Assembly: GCA_035531535.1 (NCBI GenBank)
Contig: DATKSV010000099.1
Coordinates: 340 to 64,339 of the forward strand
Source: Candidatus Nanopelagicaceae bacterium
GTDB lineage: Bacteria > Chloroflexota > Dormibacteria > Aeolococcales > Bog-877
DNA length: 64,000 nucleotides
Direction: 5' to 3'
In this document: in pieces, positions 27,675 through 37,349 of the stretch
Numbering within the stretch: position 1 is the stretch's first letter
How the letters are laid out: every line of letters starts with the position of its first letter
Translations under genes and position numbers: made by a program
Notes under the pieces: generated by a model
Seen by the model: only the letters and a program-made list of their open reading frames with translations
What the model was told of the DNA's origin: nothing
Database searches by the model: none

Positions 27675-29108
27675 TTGTCGAACTGCGGCCCCACCGCCAC
27701 CAGGAGAGCGCGCCCATTGAGCAGCTGGAGAGCAGCACTGGCCCGGATGCGGCCCCAGTGGCGGCCATCGGGGGAGTTGGGCGATCGGCTGGCGCTGCTG
27801 CTGGCGGCCATGGTCGCCTTCAAGTTCTCCAACTGGCTCTGGCTGTCGGCGCGGGTGCCCGGCAAGCCGGCGCTGCTGGCCAACCTGATCATCCAGTACC
27901 TCGCCTTCACCGTCTTCTGCATCCTGGTGGCGCTGGCCCTCCGCCGTCCGCTGCCGCGGGCCATCAGCCGGCTGCGCTTGCACCGGGTGCTCTGGTTCAG
28001 CCCCGCGGTGGCGGCCGTGGTGCTGGTGGTGATCGGGATCGTGATCGCCCGCCCGATCGCCCAGAACCGCCTTCTGCTCGATGACGCCAACGTCATGGCT
28101 GTCTGCGGGGCTCGGGCCATTCTGGCCGGCCACGATCCCTACCAGGTGGCGGAGATCCCCTGCCTGGCCAGCTTCAACCTGCCCGCCACCCTGGCCACCC
28201 CCTTCCGCGAGGGCCCCTTCGCCAAGGTCAAGGTCTACCCCACGCCGGCTCAGATCCTGGCCGTCGCCGACAGCCCCGGGCACGGCGGCACCAACCTGTT
28301 CTCGCCCCTGGGCAAGCCTCCTCTGGCGGCCCTGTTCATGGTCCCGGTGGCGCATGCTCCCGCCTGGCAGCGGGCGGCCTGGGCTCTGCTTCCGATCCTG
28401 GTGTTGCTGCTGGCGCTGGCGGTCGCGGCCGGTCCCCTCTGGCCAGCGGTGACCGCTATGGTGCTGCTCACCCTCTACCTGAACGGATCCGCGATCAACT
28501 TCGCCGCCAACGGCAACGGCGAGGCCTTCGCCTACAGCCTGATGGCCCTCTCGGTGGTCTGGATACGCCGGCCCTGGCTGTCGGCGGCCTGCCTGGGGCT
28601 GGCGATCGGGGGCAACCAGCTGGCCTGGTTCTTCCTGCCCGGATACGTCTTGGTGGCGGCCGAGCTGGGCGGCCCGGCGAAGCGCGTGGCAGGCCTGGGG
28701 TTGACCCTGTTGGTGGCGGTCGTGCCGTGGCTGCTGATCTACCCGGACTCTCTGACCCGCATCTATGGCAGCCTGCGGGCCAGCACCTTCCCCCTCGGCT
28801 CCGGACCCATCGAGCTGGTCTTGGGCGGCTTGGTGGCGCCTCCCCCGAGGCTGCTCGCCCTGGTCGCCGCCGGGCTCGCGATCGCGCTCATCTGGCTCTG
28901 GGGAGCGCGCTACCCTGCCTGGAGAATCGCGGCTGCGATCCTGGTCCTGGCGGCCTTCTGGATCAGCTGGCGGAGCCTAGACGAGTACCTGGCCCAGATC
29001 CCGCTGCTGGCCCTGGCCGCGGTGATCGTCCTGCTGAGGGGAAGGCAGGGCCGGCCAGCGCCGTCGGGTGTCGCAGCGCAGCCCACCGCCGCCCGGCTCC
29101 CAAGCTGA
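27675..29108 (+). CDS. Polytopic membrane protein, possibly a GT-C/DUF2029-like glycosyltransferase
   Basis: At least 10 hydrophobic segments and an early loop AILAGHDPYQV. The family assignment is a weak recollection only. The start could be 27675 or 27747. Confidence 0.55.
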   Translation: MSNCGPTATRRARPLSSWRAALARMRPQWRPSGELGDRLALLLAAMVAFKFSNWLWLSARVPGKPALLANLIIQYLAFTVFCILVALALRRPLPRAISRLRLHRVLWFSPAVAAVVLVVIGIVIARPIAQNRLLLDDANVMAVCGARAILAGHDPYQVAEIPCLASFNLPATLATPFREGPFAKVKVYPTPAQILAVADSPGHGGTNLFSPLGKPPLAALFMVPVAHAPAWQRAAWALLPILVLLLALAVAAGPLWPAVTAMVLLTLYLNGSAINFAANGNGEAFAYSLMALSVVWIRRPWLSAACLGLAIGGNQLAWFFLPGYVLVAAELGGPAKRVAGLGLTLLVAVVPWLLIYPDSLTRIYGSLRASTFPLGSGPIELVLGGLVAPPPRLLALVAAGLAIALIWLWGARYPAWRIAAAILVLAAFWISWRSLDEYLAQIPLLALAAVIVLLRGRQGRPAPSGVAAQPTAARLPS

Positions 29109-29170
29109 GGGGCGCGCCGCCCAGGCGGTGGGAGTCGTGGTCGGCGGCTGCTGCCGACAGGCTGGTCCCA

Positions 29171-31483
29171 TCACGCGGCGTCGCCCTCCTCCCGGGCAGG
29201 CACGGGGGGCGGATGGGACAGCCGCGATGGCCACCAGTTCCAGCGTCCGAGCAGGACCACGAAGGACGGCACCACCAGGGTCCGGATGATGAAGGTGTCC
29301 ATGAACACCCCGGCCGCGATGCCGAAGCCGATCTGCTGGATCTGGGAGCCACCGGAACCGCCGCCCGCGATCGCCAGCACCGCGAAGGTGCCCCCCAGGA
29401 CCAGCCCGGCGGTGCTGACCGTGGTCCCGGTCATGCCCACCGCGCGGCGCACCGCCTGGCGCAGGGGCATCTGTTGGACCTCCTCGCGGATTCGGGTCAT
29501 CATCAGGATGTTGTAGTCGGAGCCCAGCGCCATCAGGAAGACGAACATCAGGAAGGGCAGGATGAAGTTGATCCCGTTCTGCCCCAGCAGGTGCACGAAG
29601 ATGACCGCCACCAGGCCCAGCGCCGCCAGGTAGGAGAGCACCACGCTCACCACCAGGTAGAGGGGAGCCACCAGGCTGCGCATCACCATCGCCAGCAGCA
29701 GGGCGATCAGGACCGCGACCAGGGGGATGATGTGGATCAGGTCGCTGGTGGAGAGGCTCTGCACGTCGTAGGCGAAGGGCAGCACCCCGAACAGGCCGTT
29801 GTCCTTGGCGCCGATCCGGCCGGCCACCTGGGCGACCGCCGTGCGCACCGCCGGGACGGCCGCGATCGCCTGGGGCGAGCTGTCACTGTTGTTGAGCAGC
29901 AGGGCGGAGAACTGGATGGTGTGGCCGTCCTGGCTGATGAACTGGGCCAGGGCTCGGTAGGAGTTGTAGAGGGCGGGGCTGACCGTGAGCTCAGCTGGCT
30001 CGGTCGGGGGCAGCAGCCCGGGGGCGCCCAGCTGGGCATGGAGAGAGGTGATCTGGCTGGCGGTGAGGCCGGAAGCTCCCACCGGGCCGATGACGCTGCG
30101 GAACTGGTGGGTCCGCTCCAGGTCCTGCTGGGCGGCGGCGAGCACTGCGGGGTCACTCCAGGCGGAGCTGGGCAGTTTGAAGAGCACCGCTGAGGCCTGC
30201 ACGTTGGAGGCGGGGAAGTCCTTGGCCAGCACCGCCGCTCCCGCCGCCGAGTCGGTCCCGCTGGGAGCGCTGGTGTTGGCGAAGCCGGCGGTGGTGCTGG
30301 TCAGTGAGCCGATCGCGAGGCCGCCGAAGACCATCACCCCGGTCAGCACGATCCAGAGCGGGTGCCGCACCACTGCGCCCGCCATGCTCCCGTAGATCCC
30401 GGTCCGGGGAACCTCCTCCCTGGCCGTGCTGGTGGGCCAGAAGACAGCCCGCCCGAAGATGGCCAGCAGGGCGGGCAAAAGGGTGAGCCCGGCCAGCAGC
30501 ATCAGCCCGATGCCGATGGCCAGCGCCGGCCCCAGGCTCTGGTAGATGCCGAACTGGGCCAGGATCAGGCTGAGCAGGGCGGCGATCACGGTGAGGGCCG
30601 AGAAGGTGATCGACTCGCCGACCGTGCTGACCGCGGTCACCACCGCCTGCTGGGGATCGAGGCCACGACGCAGCTCCTCCCGGACGCGGAAGACCAGGAA
30701 GAGGCCGTAGTCGGTCCCGGCGCCCAGCACCAGCACGATCAGGATCACCTGGGTGATCACCGAAACCTGGACTCCGAGGTGGGTCGCCTCCGCCACCACC
30801 GGGCCGGAGAGGGCCAGCACCAGAGCCGCCGGCAACAGGGTTATGAACGGGGCCAGGACGGCCCGGAAAGCCAGCAGCAGCAGCCCGATGATGAAGATCA
30901 GCGAGAAGAGCTGGGTCAGGTTCTGAGACTGCTTGGAGGACTGCTGACTGTCGATAACGGTGGGCAGGTCGCCGGTCAGGTGGTAGGTGAGGCCGGGCAC
31001 ACTCGCGGCCTGGAAGTCAGCCCTGATGGCCGCCACCAGAGCTGGCCCGCCACCACCTCCGAAGGCGGGCACCGCCGCCTCGATCAGGGCTTGGCGGGCC
31101 TGCCCGTTGGGCGAGGTGCCCAGGTCCCGCACCAGCTTGACCTTGGGTAGCTGGCTGATCTTGGCCTCGAATTGGGTGATGGCCGCCTGCTCGGCGCCCG
31201 AGAGGGGCCCGGAGCTGCTGGCCGCGACCAGGGTGGATGCTGCCAGAGTCGAGTTCTGGAACGGACTGGCCAGCTGGGCCGCTCGCATGCTGGGAGCGGT
31301 GCTGGGCAGGAAGGCGGAGTTGGTGTCCTTGCTGACCGATGCCAGGGTGGGCAACAGGTGGATGCAGACTACCGCCACCACCACCCAAGCGACCACCACT
31401 GGGCCCCGGAATCGCACCACGAACCGGCCCAGGCCGGCGAAGAAGCGGTTCACGACTCGGCTCGCTCCGTGAGGGGCCGGCAA
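29171..31483 (-). CDS. MMPL-family (RND superfamily) transporter
   Basis: 770 aa with two 6-TM blocks and duplicated motifs LGAGTDYGLFLVFRVREEL and LALGSDYNILMMTRIREE. Confidence 0.9.
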   Translation of the reverse strand: MPAPHGASRVVNRFFAGLGRFVVRFRGPVVVAWVVVAVVCIHLLPTLASVSKDTNSAFLPSTAPSMRAAQLASPFQNSTLAASTLVAASSSGPLSGAEQAAITQFEAKISQLPKVKLVRDLGTSPNGQARQALIEAAVPAFGGGGGPALVAAIRADFQAASVPGLTYHLTGDLPTVIDSQQSSKQSQNLTQLFSLIFIIGLLLLAFRAVLAPFITLLPAALVLALSGPVVAEATHLGVQVSVITQVILIVLVLGAGTDYGLFLVFRVREELRRGLDPQQAVVTAVSTVGESITFSALTVIAALLSLILAQFGIYQSLGPALAIGIGLMLLAGLTLLPALLAIFGRAVFWPTSTAREEVPRTGIYGSMAGAVVRHPLWIVLTGVMVFGGLAIGSLTSTTAGFANTSAPSGTDSAAGAAVLAKDFPASNVQASAVLFKLPSSAWSDPAVLAAAQQDLERTHQFRSVIGPVGASGLTASQITSLHAQLGAPGLLPPTEPAELTVSPALYNSYRALAQFISQDGHTIQFSALLLNNSDSSPQAIAAVPAVRTAVAQVAGRIGAKDNGLFGVLPFAYDVQSLSTSDLIHIIPLVAVLIALLLAMVMRSLVAPLYLVVSVVLSYLAALGLVAVIFVHLLGQNGINFILPFLMFVFLMALGSDYNILMMTRIREEVQQMPLRQAVRRAVGMTGTTVSTAGLVLGGTFAVLAIAGGGSGGSQIQQIGFGIAAGVFMDTFIIRTLVVPSFVVLLGRWNWWPSRLSHPPPVPAREEGDAA

Positions 31484-32016
31484 GCCGCGGCAGCGAGGGC
31501 GCTGGCCTTCGGGTCCGGACCGGTCTCTGTGACCCTCTCCAAGAGCCCGACCAGGGTTGCCAGCTCGCGATCGTTGAGCTGCCCAACAAGAGTCTTGGTG
31601 CCCGCCAGGAGCAGACTTCGGGCCTGCTCGGCCATCTCCCGGGCTGGTCCGGTGAGCTGAACCACCACGGCCCGGCGATCATTGGAGGTGGGCAGGCGCT
31701 CGACCCAGCCGTGCTCGACCAGGCGGTCCACCAGCTCGGTGGCGCTGCTGGCGCTCACCCCGAGGTGCCGGGCCAGCTCGCCCATCGCCAGGGCTCCCTC
31801 CTGGTTAAGCGCCATGAGGACCGCCCGCTGGTTCGGGGTGGCCGCCTTGACGGCAGCGGAGACGGCCTCGCCGCTGGCGCCCAGGGAGGCGGTCAAGGTG
31901 GTCCGGATCGCGTGACCCAGCCGCCACTGCAAGCTGATGAATCGCTTGACCAGGTCTTCCCTGCCGGCCGGAGCTGGGTCTTGTTCCGGCGCCATGTCGT
32001 TCACTTGGTTGAACAT
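31450..32016 (-). CDS. MarR-family transcriptional regulator
   Basis: QRAVLMALNQEGALAMGELARHLGVSASSATELVDRLVEHGWVERLPTSNDRRAVVVQLT. Its 3' end overlaps the MMPL ORF start by 34 nt. Confidence 0.85.
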   Translation of the reverse strand: MFNQVNDMAPEQDPAPAGREDLVKRFISLQWRLGHAIRTTLTASLGASGEAVSAAVKAATPNQRAVLMALNQEGALAMGELARHLGVSASSATELVDRLVEHGWVERLPTSNDRRAVVVQLTGPAREMAEQARSLLLAGTKTLVGQLNDRELATLVGLLERVTETGPDPKASALAAAACRPLTERAES

Positions 32017-32125
32017 GCGGAGTCACGATAGTTAATCGTCCGAAGGTGCGATCAAAACGAGTTCATCGGCCCATTCCGGGCTCCCCACCTCCGCTCTCCC
32101 GACTATACTTGGACTCGGGAGCACT

Positions 32126-32214
32126 GCTCCCAGCTAGGGGTGCGCCGACAGGGCGCTGAGAGGCAGGAAGCCAACCCTGAACACCGGATCTGGCTAGTAC
32201 CAGCGTCGGGAAGC
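32126..32214 (+). promoter_or_regulatory. TPP (THI-box) riboswitch
   Basis: gctcccagCTAGGGGTGCgccgacagggcGCTGAGAggcaggaagccaACCCTGAACaCCgGATCTGGcTAgTACCAGCGTcGGGAAGc matches the conserved THI-box cores. Downstream, gcctcctcctg can pair with cagggaggc covering the SD before ATG 32259. Confidence 0.85.
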
Positions 32215-32258
32215 CTCCTCCTGTCGGCCCCATCAGCGCGTGGTGCAGGGAGGCTGAG

Positions 32259-33758
32259 ATGGCCGGGACGAGGGACTCTGAATTGGCGGTGGCTGAGGTC
32301 GAGGCCGACTCGGCGCCGATTCCGACTGACGACGACGAGTTTTTGCGGATCGAGCTGAGGGGCCTGGAGCCAGTGCCGGCGGCGTCGCGCCACGGTCGGC
32401 CGAGGGAGCTCTTCTTCATCTGGGCAGGCGCCCTGTCGGACTTCTTCTCCCTCTTCGCCGGGGCGCTCCTGATCTCCGCCGCCGGACTGGGCTTTTGGGA
32501 CGCGGCGCTGGTGCTGCTGGCGGGCGCCGCTGCCGGTGGGGCGCTGTTGGGGCTGCTGTCGGTGACCGGGGTCCGCAGCGGCGCGCCCCAGATCGTCCAG
32601 TCTCGAATGGTGTTCGGGCGCCGCGGCGCCTTCGTGGGCGGCTTCCTGACCATGACCATCGCCATCGGCTGGTTCGCCTACGACTGCGCCATCGCGGTCA
32701 CCACCACCAGGGCTCTGCCGGTCTTCAACGGCACCCCGCTGTGGGTGGCCGGGGCGCTCCTGGTGGCCATCACCGGAGTCTCCTTCCTGGTGGCGGTCTA
32801 CGGGCATCGCACGATCTCAGTGTTTCAACACATCCAGGTGCCGGCGTTCCTGATCGTCTGCGGCGCGTTGGCTCTCTTCACCTTTCCCAAGTGGGACCTG
32901 CTCCTGCAAACTCATCTCGCCCTGGGCCCCCACTTGGCGGCGATGGTGCTGGGATTCACCCTCACCTTCGCTCTGGTGGTGTCCTGGGTCACCTACTCCG
33001 CGGACTACTCCCGCTATCTGCCGCTGGACTCTGGCCGCGGTCGGGTCGCTCTCGCCAGCGGAGGCGGCAGCGTCGCCAGCCTGGTCGGCTGCGGGCTCCT
33101 GGGCGCCGCCATCCAGACCGCCGACCCCGGCCGCCTGCTGCCGAACCTGATCGTGGCCTCGGTGCCGGTCGCCTTCGCCTACTGCTTCGCCGCCTTCATC
33201 ATTCTGGCCGAGCTCAGCTCCAACTATCTGAACGTCTACTCGGCCGCCCTTTGTGCTCTGGCGATAGGGATTCGGGTCCGGCGCTGGCTGGCAGCCACCT
33301 TGGTTGGGGTCCTGGGCGGCCTGATCGCCGCCCTGGTGCTCTTCGCGGGCAGCGGGTTTCAGGGCAACTACGTCAACTTCCTCACCATCACCTACGTTTG
33401 GTTCCCCGCCTGGGCGATGGTGGTGATCCTGGACGGGTGGCTGGGGGCTAGGCGGGTGGATCCCCGGCAGCTGGTCTCCCGGCGCGGGTACTGGTTCCGG
33501 GGAGGCATTCGCTGGACCGCGATGTGGCCCTTCCTGCTGGGCACGTTGGCCACCCTCCTCTTTTTCAACGAGCCTCCTCCACCCGGTGAGTGGGGCTTCG
33601 TTTCGCCACTGGCCCAGCACCTCTTCCAGGGCCAGCCCGCCGACATCAGCTCTTTCGTCGGGGTGGCGGTCACCACCGTCGCTTACCTCCTGTTCCGTCG
33701 CCGGGAGCGGCGCCTCGAAACTTCGGACGCGGGCCTGGCCGTCGCCGGGGCGCTCTGA
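32259..33758 (+). CDS. NCS1-family permease (CytX-like; probable hydroxymethylpyrimidine/thiamine-precursor importer)
   Basis: 12-TM purine/cytosine-permease-like protein. Preceded by a TPP riboswitch and overlapping thiD (TGATG). Confidence 0.8.
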   Translation: MAGTRDSELAVAEVEADSAPIPTDDDEFLRIELRGLEPVPAASRHGRPRELFFIWAGALSDFFSLFAGALLISAAGLGFWDAALVLLAGAAAGGALLGLLSVTGVRSGAPQIVQSRMVFGRRGAFVGGFLTMTIAIGWFAYDCAIAVTTTRALPVFNGTPLWVAGALLVAITGVSFLVAVYGHRTISVFQHIQVPAFLIVCGALALFTFPKWDLLLQTHLALGPHLAAMVLGFTLTFALVVSWVTYSADYSRYLPLDSGRGRVALASGGGSVASLVGCGLLGAAIQTADPGRLLPNLIVASVPVAFAYCFAAFIILAELSSNYLNVYSAALCALAIGIRVRRWLAATLVGVLGGLIAALVLFAGSGFQGNYVNFLTITYVWFPAWAMVVILDGWLGARRVDPRQLVSRRGYWFRGGIRWTAMWPFLLGTLATLLFFNEPPPPGEWGFVSPLAQHLFQGQPADISSFVGVAVTTVAYLLFRRRERRLETSDAGLAVAGAL

Positions 33759-34618
33759 TGGCGACCGGCACCGCCATCGCCTGCACCGTGGCCACCACCG
33801 ACAGCGGGGGCGGCGCCGGGATCCAGGCTGACCTCAAGAGCTTCGCCGCCGCCGGCGTTTACGGGGTCAGCGTGGTGGTGGCTCTGACCGCTCAGAACAC
33901 GCTCGGAGTGACCGCTGTCGAAGGCCTGCCGCTGGACTTTGTGAGGGCGGAGTTCGCGGCTCTGGACTCGGATCTGAGGCCCCAGGCGGTCAAGACCGGG
34001 ATGCTGTTGACGGCCGCCCACATCGAGCTGGTCGCCGAGCGCCTGGGGGAGCTCTCCTGGGGCCCGCTGGTGGTGGACCCGGTGATGGTGGCCAAGAGTG
34101 GCGACCGGCTGCTGGAGGAGGCGGCGGTGGCCACCATGCGCCGGCTGCTCCTGCCGCTGGCCCATGTGGTGACCCCCAACTGGCCCGAGGCCGAGGCTCT
34201 CGCCGGACTGGCGATCGACTCCGAGGCAGCCGCGATCGCCGCCGGTCGGGCCATCCTGGACCTGGGGCCGGACTTCGTGGTGGTCAAGGGGGGCCACGCG
34301 CCCGGAGACCCGGTCGATCTGGTGGTCCACCGGGGCGGGGTGGAGCGGCTGCCGGGGACCCGCATCGCCAGCCGTCACACCCACGGCACCGGCTGCACCT
34401 TCTCGGCCGCGATCACGGCGCAGCTGGCCCGGGGCTGCAACACCGATATGGCTATCGCCAGGGCCAAGCAGTACGTCACAGCCGCCATCCGCCACGCTCC
34501 CGGACTGGGGTCCGGGCACGGTCCCTTGGAACACTTCCCGCCCCAGTGGAGGGGGCGCCAGCCCGCCCCCAGCCCCCGAGCAGGCGGGTCCGCTCCCCCA
34601 AGGGCACGCTCGAATTGA
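33758..34618 (+). CDS. thiD: Hydroxymethylpyrimidine/phosphomethylpyrimidine kinase
   Basis: TVATTDSGGGAGIQADLKSFAA.GVYG....ALTAQNT...VKTGML...LVVDPVMVAKSGD...VVTPNWPEA...VVVKGGH...HTHGTGCTFSAAI. Confidence 0.9.
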   Translation: MATGTAIACTVATTDSGGGAGIQADLKSFAAAGVYGVSVVVALTAQNTLGVTAVEGLPLDFVRAEFAALDSDLRPQAVKTGMLLTAAHIELVAERLGELSWGPLVVDPVMVAKSGDRLLEEAAVATMRRLLLPLAHVVTPNWPEAEALAGLAIDSEAAAIAAGRAILDLGPDFVVVKGGHAPGDPVDLVVHRGGVERLPGTRIASRHTHGTGCTFSAAITAQLARGCNTDMAIARAKQYVTAAIRHAPGLGSGHGPLEHFPPQWRGRQPAPSPRAGGSAPPRARSN

Positions 34619-34676
34619 GCATTCGGGAAAATCCCGGGTAGACTGCCCTTAGAGCGTCAGATCTGGAGGATCCGCC

Positions 34677-35276
34677 ATGGGGTTGTTACGCCGCAAGCAG
34701 CGGCCGATCGATAGGTTGGGGGCCTCCGCCGCCGACGCCGCCGGCGCGGTGGCCGAGGTCATAGGCACGGGGGTCCGGTCCGCAGGGGAGTCGATGGGGC
34801 CCGCTCTGGCCGCCGCCACTCACCAGGTTCCCGAGTTCGCTGGCAGGCTCGCCGAGCAGATCCACCCGATGGCGGACAGCGCTCAGCGACATGCCGTGGA
34901 GGCAGTTGAGATGGCTCGAGAGCGTTCCTCCGACCTGGCTGAGAAGGTGGTGCAGGCGGCCTATGAGGCGACCAAGTCGCTGCCCCCGGACACCCGCAAG
35001 CGGGTGCTCAGCTCCCTGGCCAAGACCGGAATCAAGCCCCCCGCTCAGAAGCGCCACGGGATCTCGAAAAAGTGGATGGCAGCCGGGCTTTTCGCCACCG
35101 CCGGAGTGGCCTTCCTCTTCTCCGGCACCGTCCAGGACAAGGTCTACGACCTGGTCGACCGCCTGCGCGGCGAGGACTTGGACACCCCGCTCGGAGGCTA
35201 TCCGCCCGTGGCACCGGCCGCGGCCAACGGCGCTCAGCCGGTCGCTCAGGAGAGCGAGACTTCTCCTCCGTCCTGA
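34677..35276 (+). CDS. Hypothetical protein, helical with one TM segment
   Basis: ATG start, protein-like composition, TM segment WMAAGLFATAGVAFLFSG. No recognisable family. Confidence 0.55.
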   Translation: MGLLRRKQRPIDRLGASAADAAGAVAEVIGTGVRSAGESMGPALAAATHQVPEFAGRLAEQIHPMADSAQRHAVEAVEMARERSSDLAEKVVQAAYEATKSLPPDTRKRVLSSLAKTGIKPPAQKRHGISKKWMAAGLFATAGVAFLFSGTVQDKVYDLVDRLRGEDLDTPLGGYPPVAPAAANGAQPVAQESETSPPS

Positions 35277-35290
35277 GCGCTCGCGGCTGA

Positions 35291-36178
35291 TTGATGAGTC
35301 CGGTCGCGGTGCCCTGGCTGGCGAGACCCGCCGGCCGGGGGGTCGGATGGCGGGAGTTCACCCTGATTCTGGGCGGCGCCGCGATCGTGCTCCTCCTGCC
35401 CCGGGTATTCGGCGATCCTCAGGGGGTCGACCCCGACGCCTGGCGGCTGACTGGATACTTCGCCGCCCTGACCGCGGCCAGCCTGCTGGTGCGCCCGCTG
35501 CGCGCCGCGGCCCCCCTCTCGTTCGCCTTCCTCACCCTTGGGCTCCCCTTCTCCACCTGGCTCTGGCTGCTGGGCTACGCGGGCCCGGCGCCGGGGTTGA
35601 TCGGCGGGCCGGACAGCCTGGCTCGCAACGCCTTCGCCGGGATCGCGGAGATGGTTCTGGCCTTGGCCATGGCGGCCTGCTTTCACTACTTCACCCCGGC
35701 TCCCCGGCCCAACCTCCGGCTCTGGGTGCGCCCGACCTTGCTCATGCTGGGAATGGGGGTGGGCGGCTCTCTGTTGTTCCTGGCCATCGGGTTCGCGCTG
35801 CCCGCGCCCCTGCTGGGCCGGGAGGGGGTCCCGCTGCTGGCTCTCAACGGCTCGGCCGCCCTGGCGCTCGGAATCGCCAACGCCACCAGCGCGATCGCCC
35901 AGGAGATTCAGTTCCGAGGTGTGCTGATGTCGGCCCTGGAGCGTCAGCAGAGCCGCCTGGTCGCCATGCTCACCCAGGGAGTCATCTTCGGAGTCGCCCA
36001 CATCGCCATCCAGTACGAGGGACCAGCCGCGACCTTCATCCCGATCGTGATCCTGCTGGGCTGGCTTTGGGGTTGGATGAGCGTTCGCAGCCGTAGCCTG
36101 TTGCCGGCGATGCTGGTCCATGTCGTGGCCGACTTCTTCATCGTGGCGGTGGTGGTGAGCGGACTCTACGGTGGCTGA
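35291..36178 (+). CDS. CPBP-family intramembrane glutamic endopeptidase (CAAX protease-like)
   Basis: Motifs AQEIQFRGVL, GVIFGVAHIA and AMLVHVVADFF in a polytopic membrane protein. Confidence 0.8.
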   Translation: MMSPVAVPWLARPAGRGVGWREFTLILGGAAIVLLLPRVFGDPQGVDPDAWRLTGYFAALTAASLLVRPLRAAAPLSFAFLTLGLPFSTWLWLLGYAGPAPGLIGGPDSLARNAFAGIAEMVLALAMAACFHYFTPAPRPNLRLWVRPTLLMLGMGVGGSLLFLAIGFALPAPLLGREGVPLLALNGSAALALGIANATSAIAQEIQFRGVLMSALERQQSRLVAMLTQGVIFGVAHIAIQYEGPAATFIPIVILLGWLWGWMSVRSRSLLPAMLVHVVADFFIVAVVVSGLYGG

Positions 36179-37295
36179 TCCCAGGCGCCGCCGATGGCTC
36201 GCCGCGCTGCTCTCAGCCGGCCTGGGGCTGGCTCTGGCGGCGCTGGCGACAGCGCCGGTCAACGCGGCCTCGCTGTGGTGGTCGGCGGCGCCCGGACCGG
36301 CCCGCTCCTGGTCCCAGATCGCCTCTGACTCTGGCAGTACAACTCTGGCCATCTCGGGGGGGGTCGCCGGCTGGCTGGATCCCCTGACCGGCTCATTTCA
36401 GCCAGTTGCGGGGGGCGCCGGGGCGGCCTACGTGGCAGCGCAGGGCCCCTCTGGCCTGGTCCTCCTGCGCGATGGGCGTCTGCTGGCTACCCAAGCCGGC
36501 GGTACCACCCACGTGCTGCGGCTCCTGCCCGGGCAACCCAGGGGCGTTGGGATCGGCCCTGGCCGCCGCCCCAGGGTGGTGGCGGCGACATCCTCGGGCC
36601 TTTTCTGGGGCCCGCTCGGCTCGCTTCTTCCGCACCGGGTACCGCTCCGAGAGAGCGCAACTCCGATCCATCTGACCTCCCCGGTGAGCGCCGGCGAGCC
36701 CTTTGTGGTGGTGGCGTCGAACGGCGAGCTGCTGTTTCTCGGCACCAATGGACGCCTCCATCCGAGCGTCGGCGCGCCGCGGCTGGGGACCCACCCGGTG
36801 GTGGTGGAGCTGGGCGACGGGGTGCTCCTGGCCGGAGGCCGCAGCGGTCTGGTTTGGGGCCTTTTTCGGAGCGGCTGGCAGCCGGTGTTGCAACTCTTGC
36901 CGTACGGGGGCATCGGAGGCGTGCCGGCTCTGACCGCGATGATCTCGGACGGGCCGACCGCCGCCTACCTGGGCACTTATGGATTCGGGACCATGCTCAC
37001 CCCCGACGGCGGTTACACCTGGTACCGGGCGGCCCCTCCGGTCGCGGATGTGGTCGGCCTGGCCACGCTTGGCCCGGTGTTCGCCGCCCGCCCCCGCGGG
37101 GTGGTCGTGGCAGCGACTCCGGGCGGGCTCTTCCTGCACCGGCTCCAGGCGCTGCCGGGGCCGCCAAGCTACCGCGGCGCCAGCCTGGAGGGACAGATCC
37201 TGGGCACCGCCGGGGTCACGGTGGTGACCGCGGCGCTGGCAATCCTGCTGATGTGGTGGCCGCGGCGCCGCGAGCGGCGCCGACTGTTCGTATGA
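36171..37295 (+). CDS. Secreted, C-terminally anchored hypothetical protein (possible beta-propeller/BNR-like)
   Basis: Twin-Arg-like signal RRRRWLAALLSAGLGLALAALATAPVNA. One BNR-like TPDGGYTWY. C-terminal TM segment plus RRRERRR. Confidence 0.6.
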   Translation: MADPRRRRWLAALLSAGLGLALAALATAPVNAASLWWSAAPGPARSWSQIASDSGSTTLAISGGVAGWLDPLTGSFQPVAGGAGAAYVAAQGPSGLVLLRDGRLLATQAGGTTHVLRLLPGQPRGVGIGPGRRPRVVAATSSGLFWGPLGSLLPHRVPLRESATPIHLTSPVSAGEPFVVVASNGELLFLGTNGRLHPSVGAPRLGTHPVVVELGDGVLLAGGRSGLVWGLFRSGWQPVLQLLPYGGIGGVPALTAMISDGPTAAYLGTYGFGTMLTPDGGYTWYRAAPPVADVVGLATLGPVFAARPRGVVVAATPGGLFLHRLQALPGPPSYRGASLEGQILGTAGVTVVTAALAILLMWWPRRRERRRLFV

Positions 37296-37349
37296 TCGGA
37301 CCGGCAAGATCGGCGGCGGCGCCTTCTTGCAGCCGGTGATGCCAGGAGG

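Noticed and set aside
27645-31150. ORFs 27645-28355(-), 28727-30193(+) and 30362-31150(+).
   Set aside because: They are antisense to the polytopic membrane-protein gene and the MMPL gene. Their composition (H/Q/G/D/R runs) is not protein-like.
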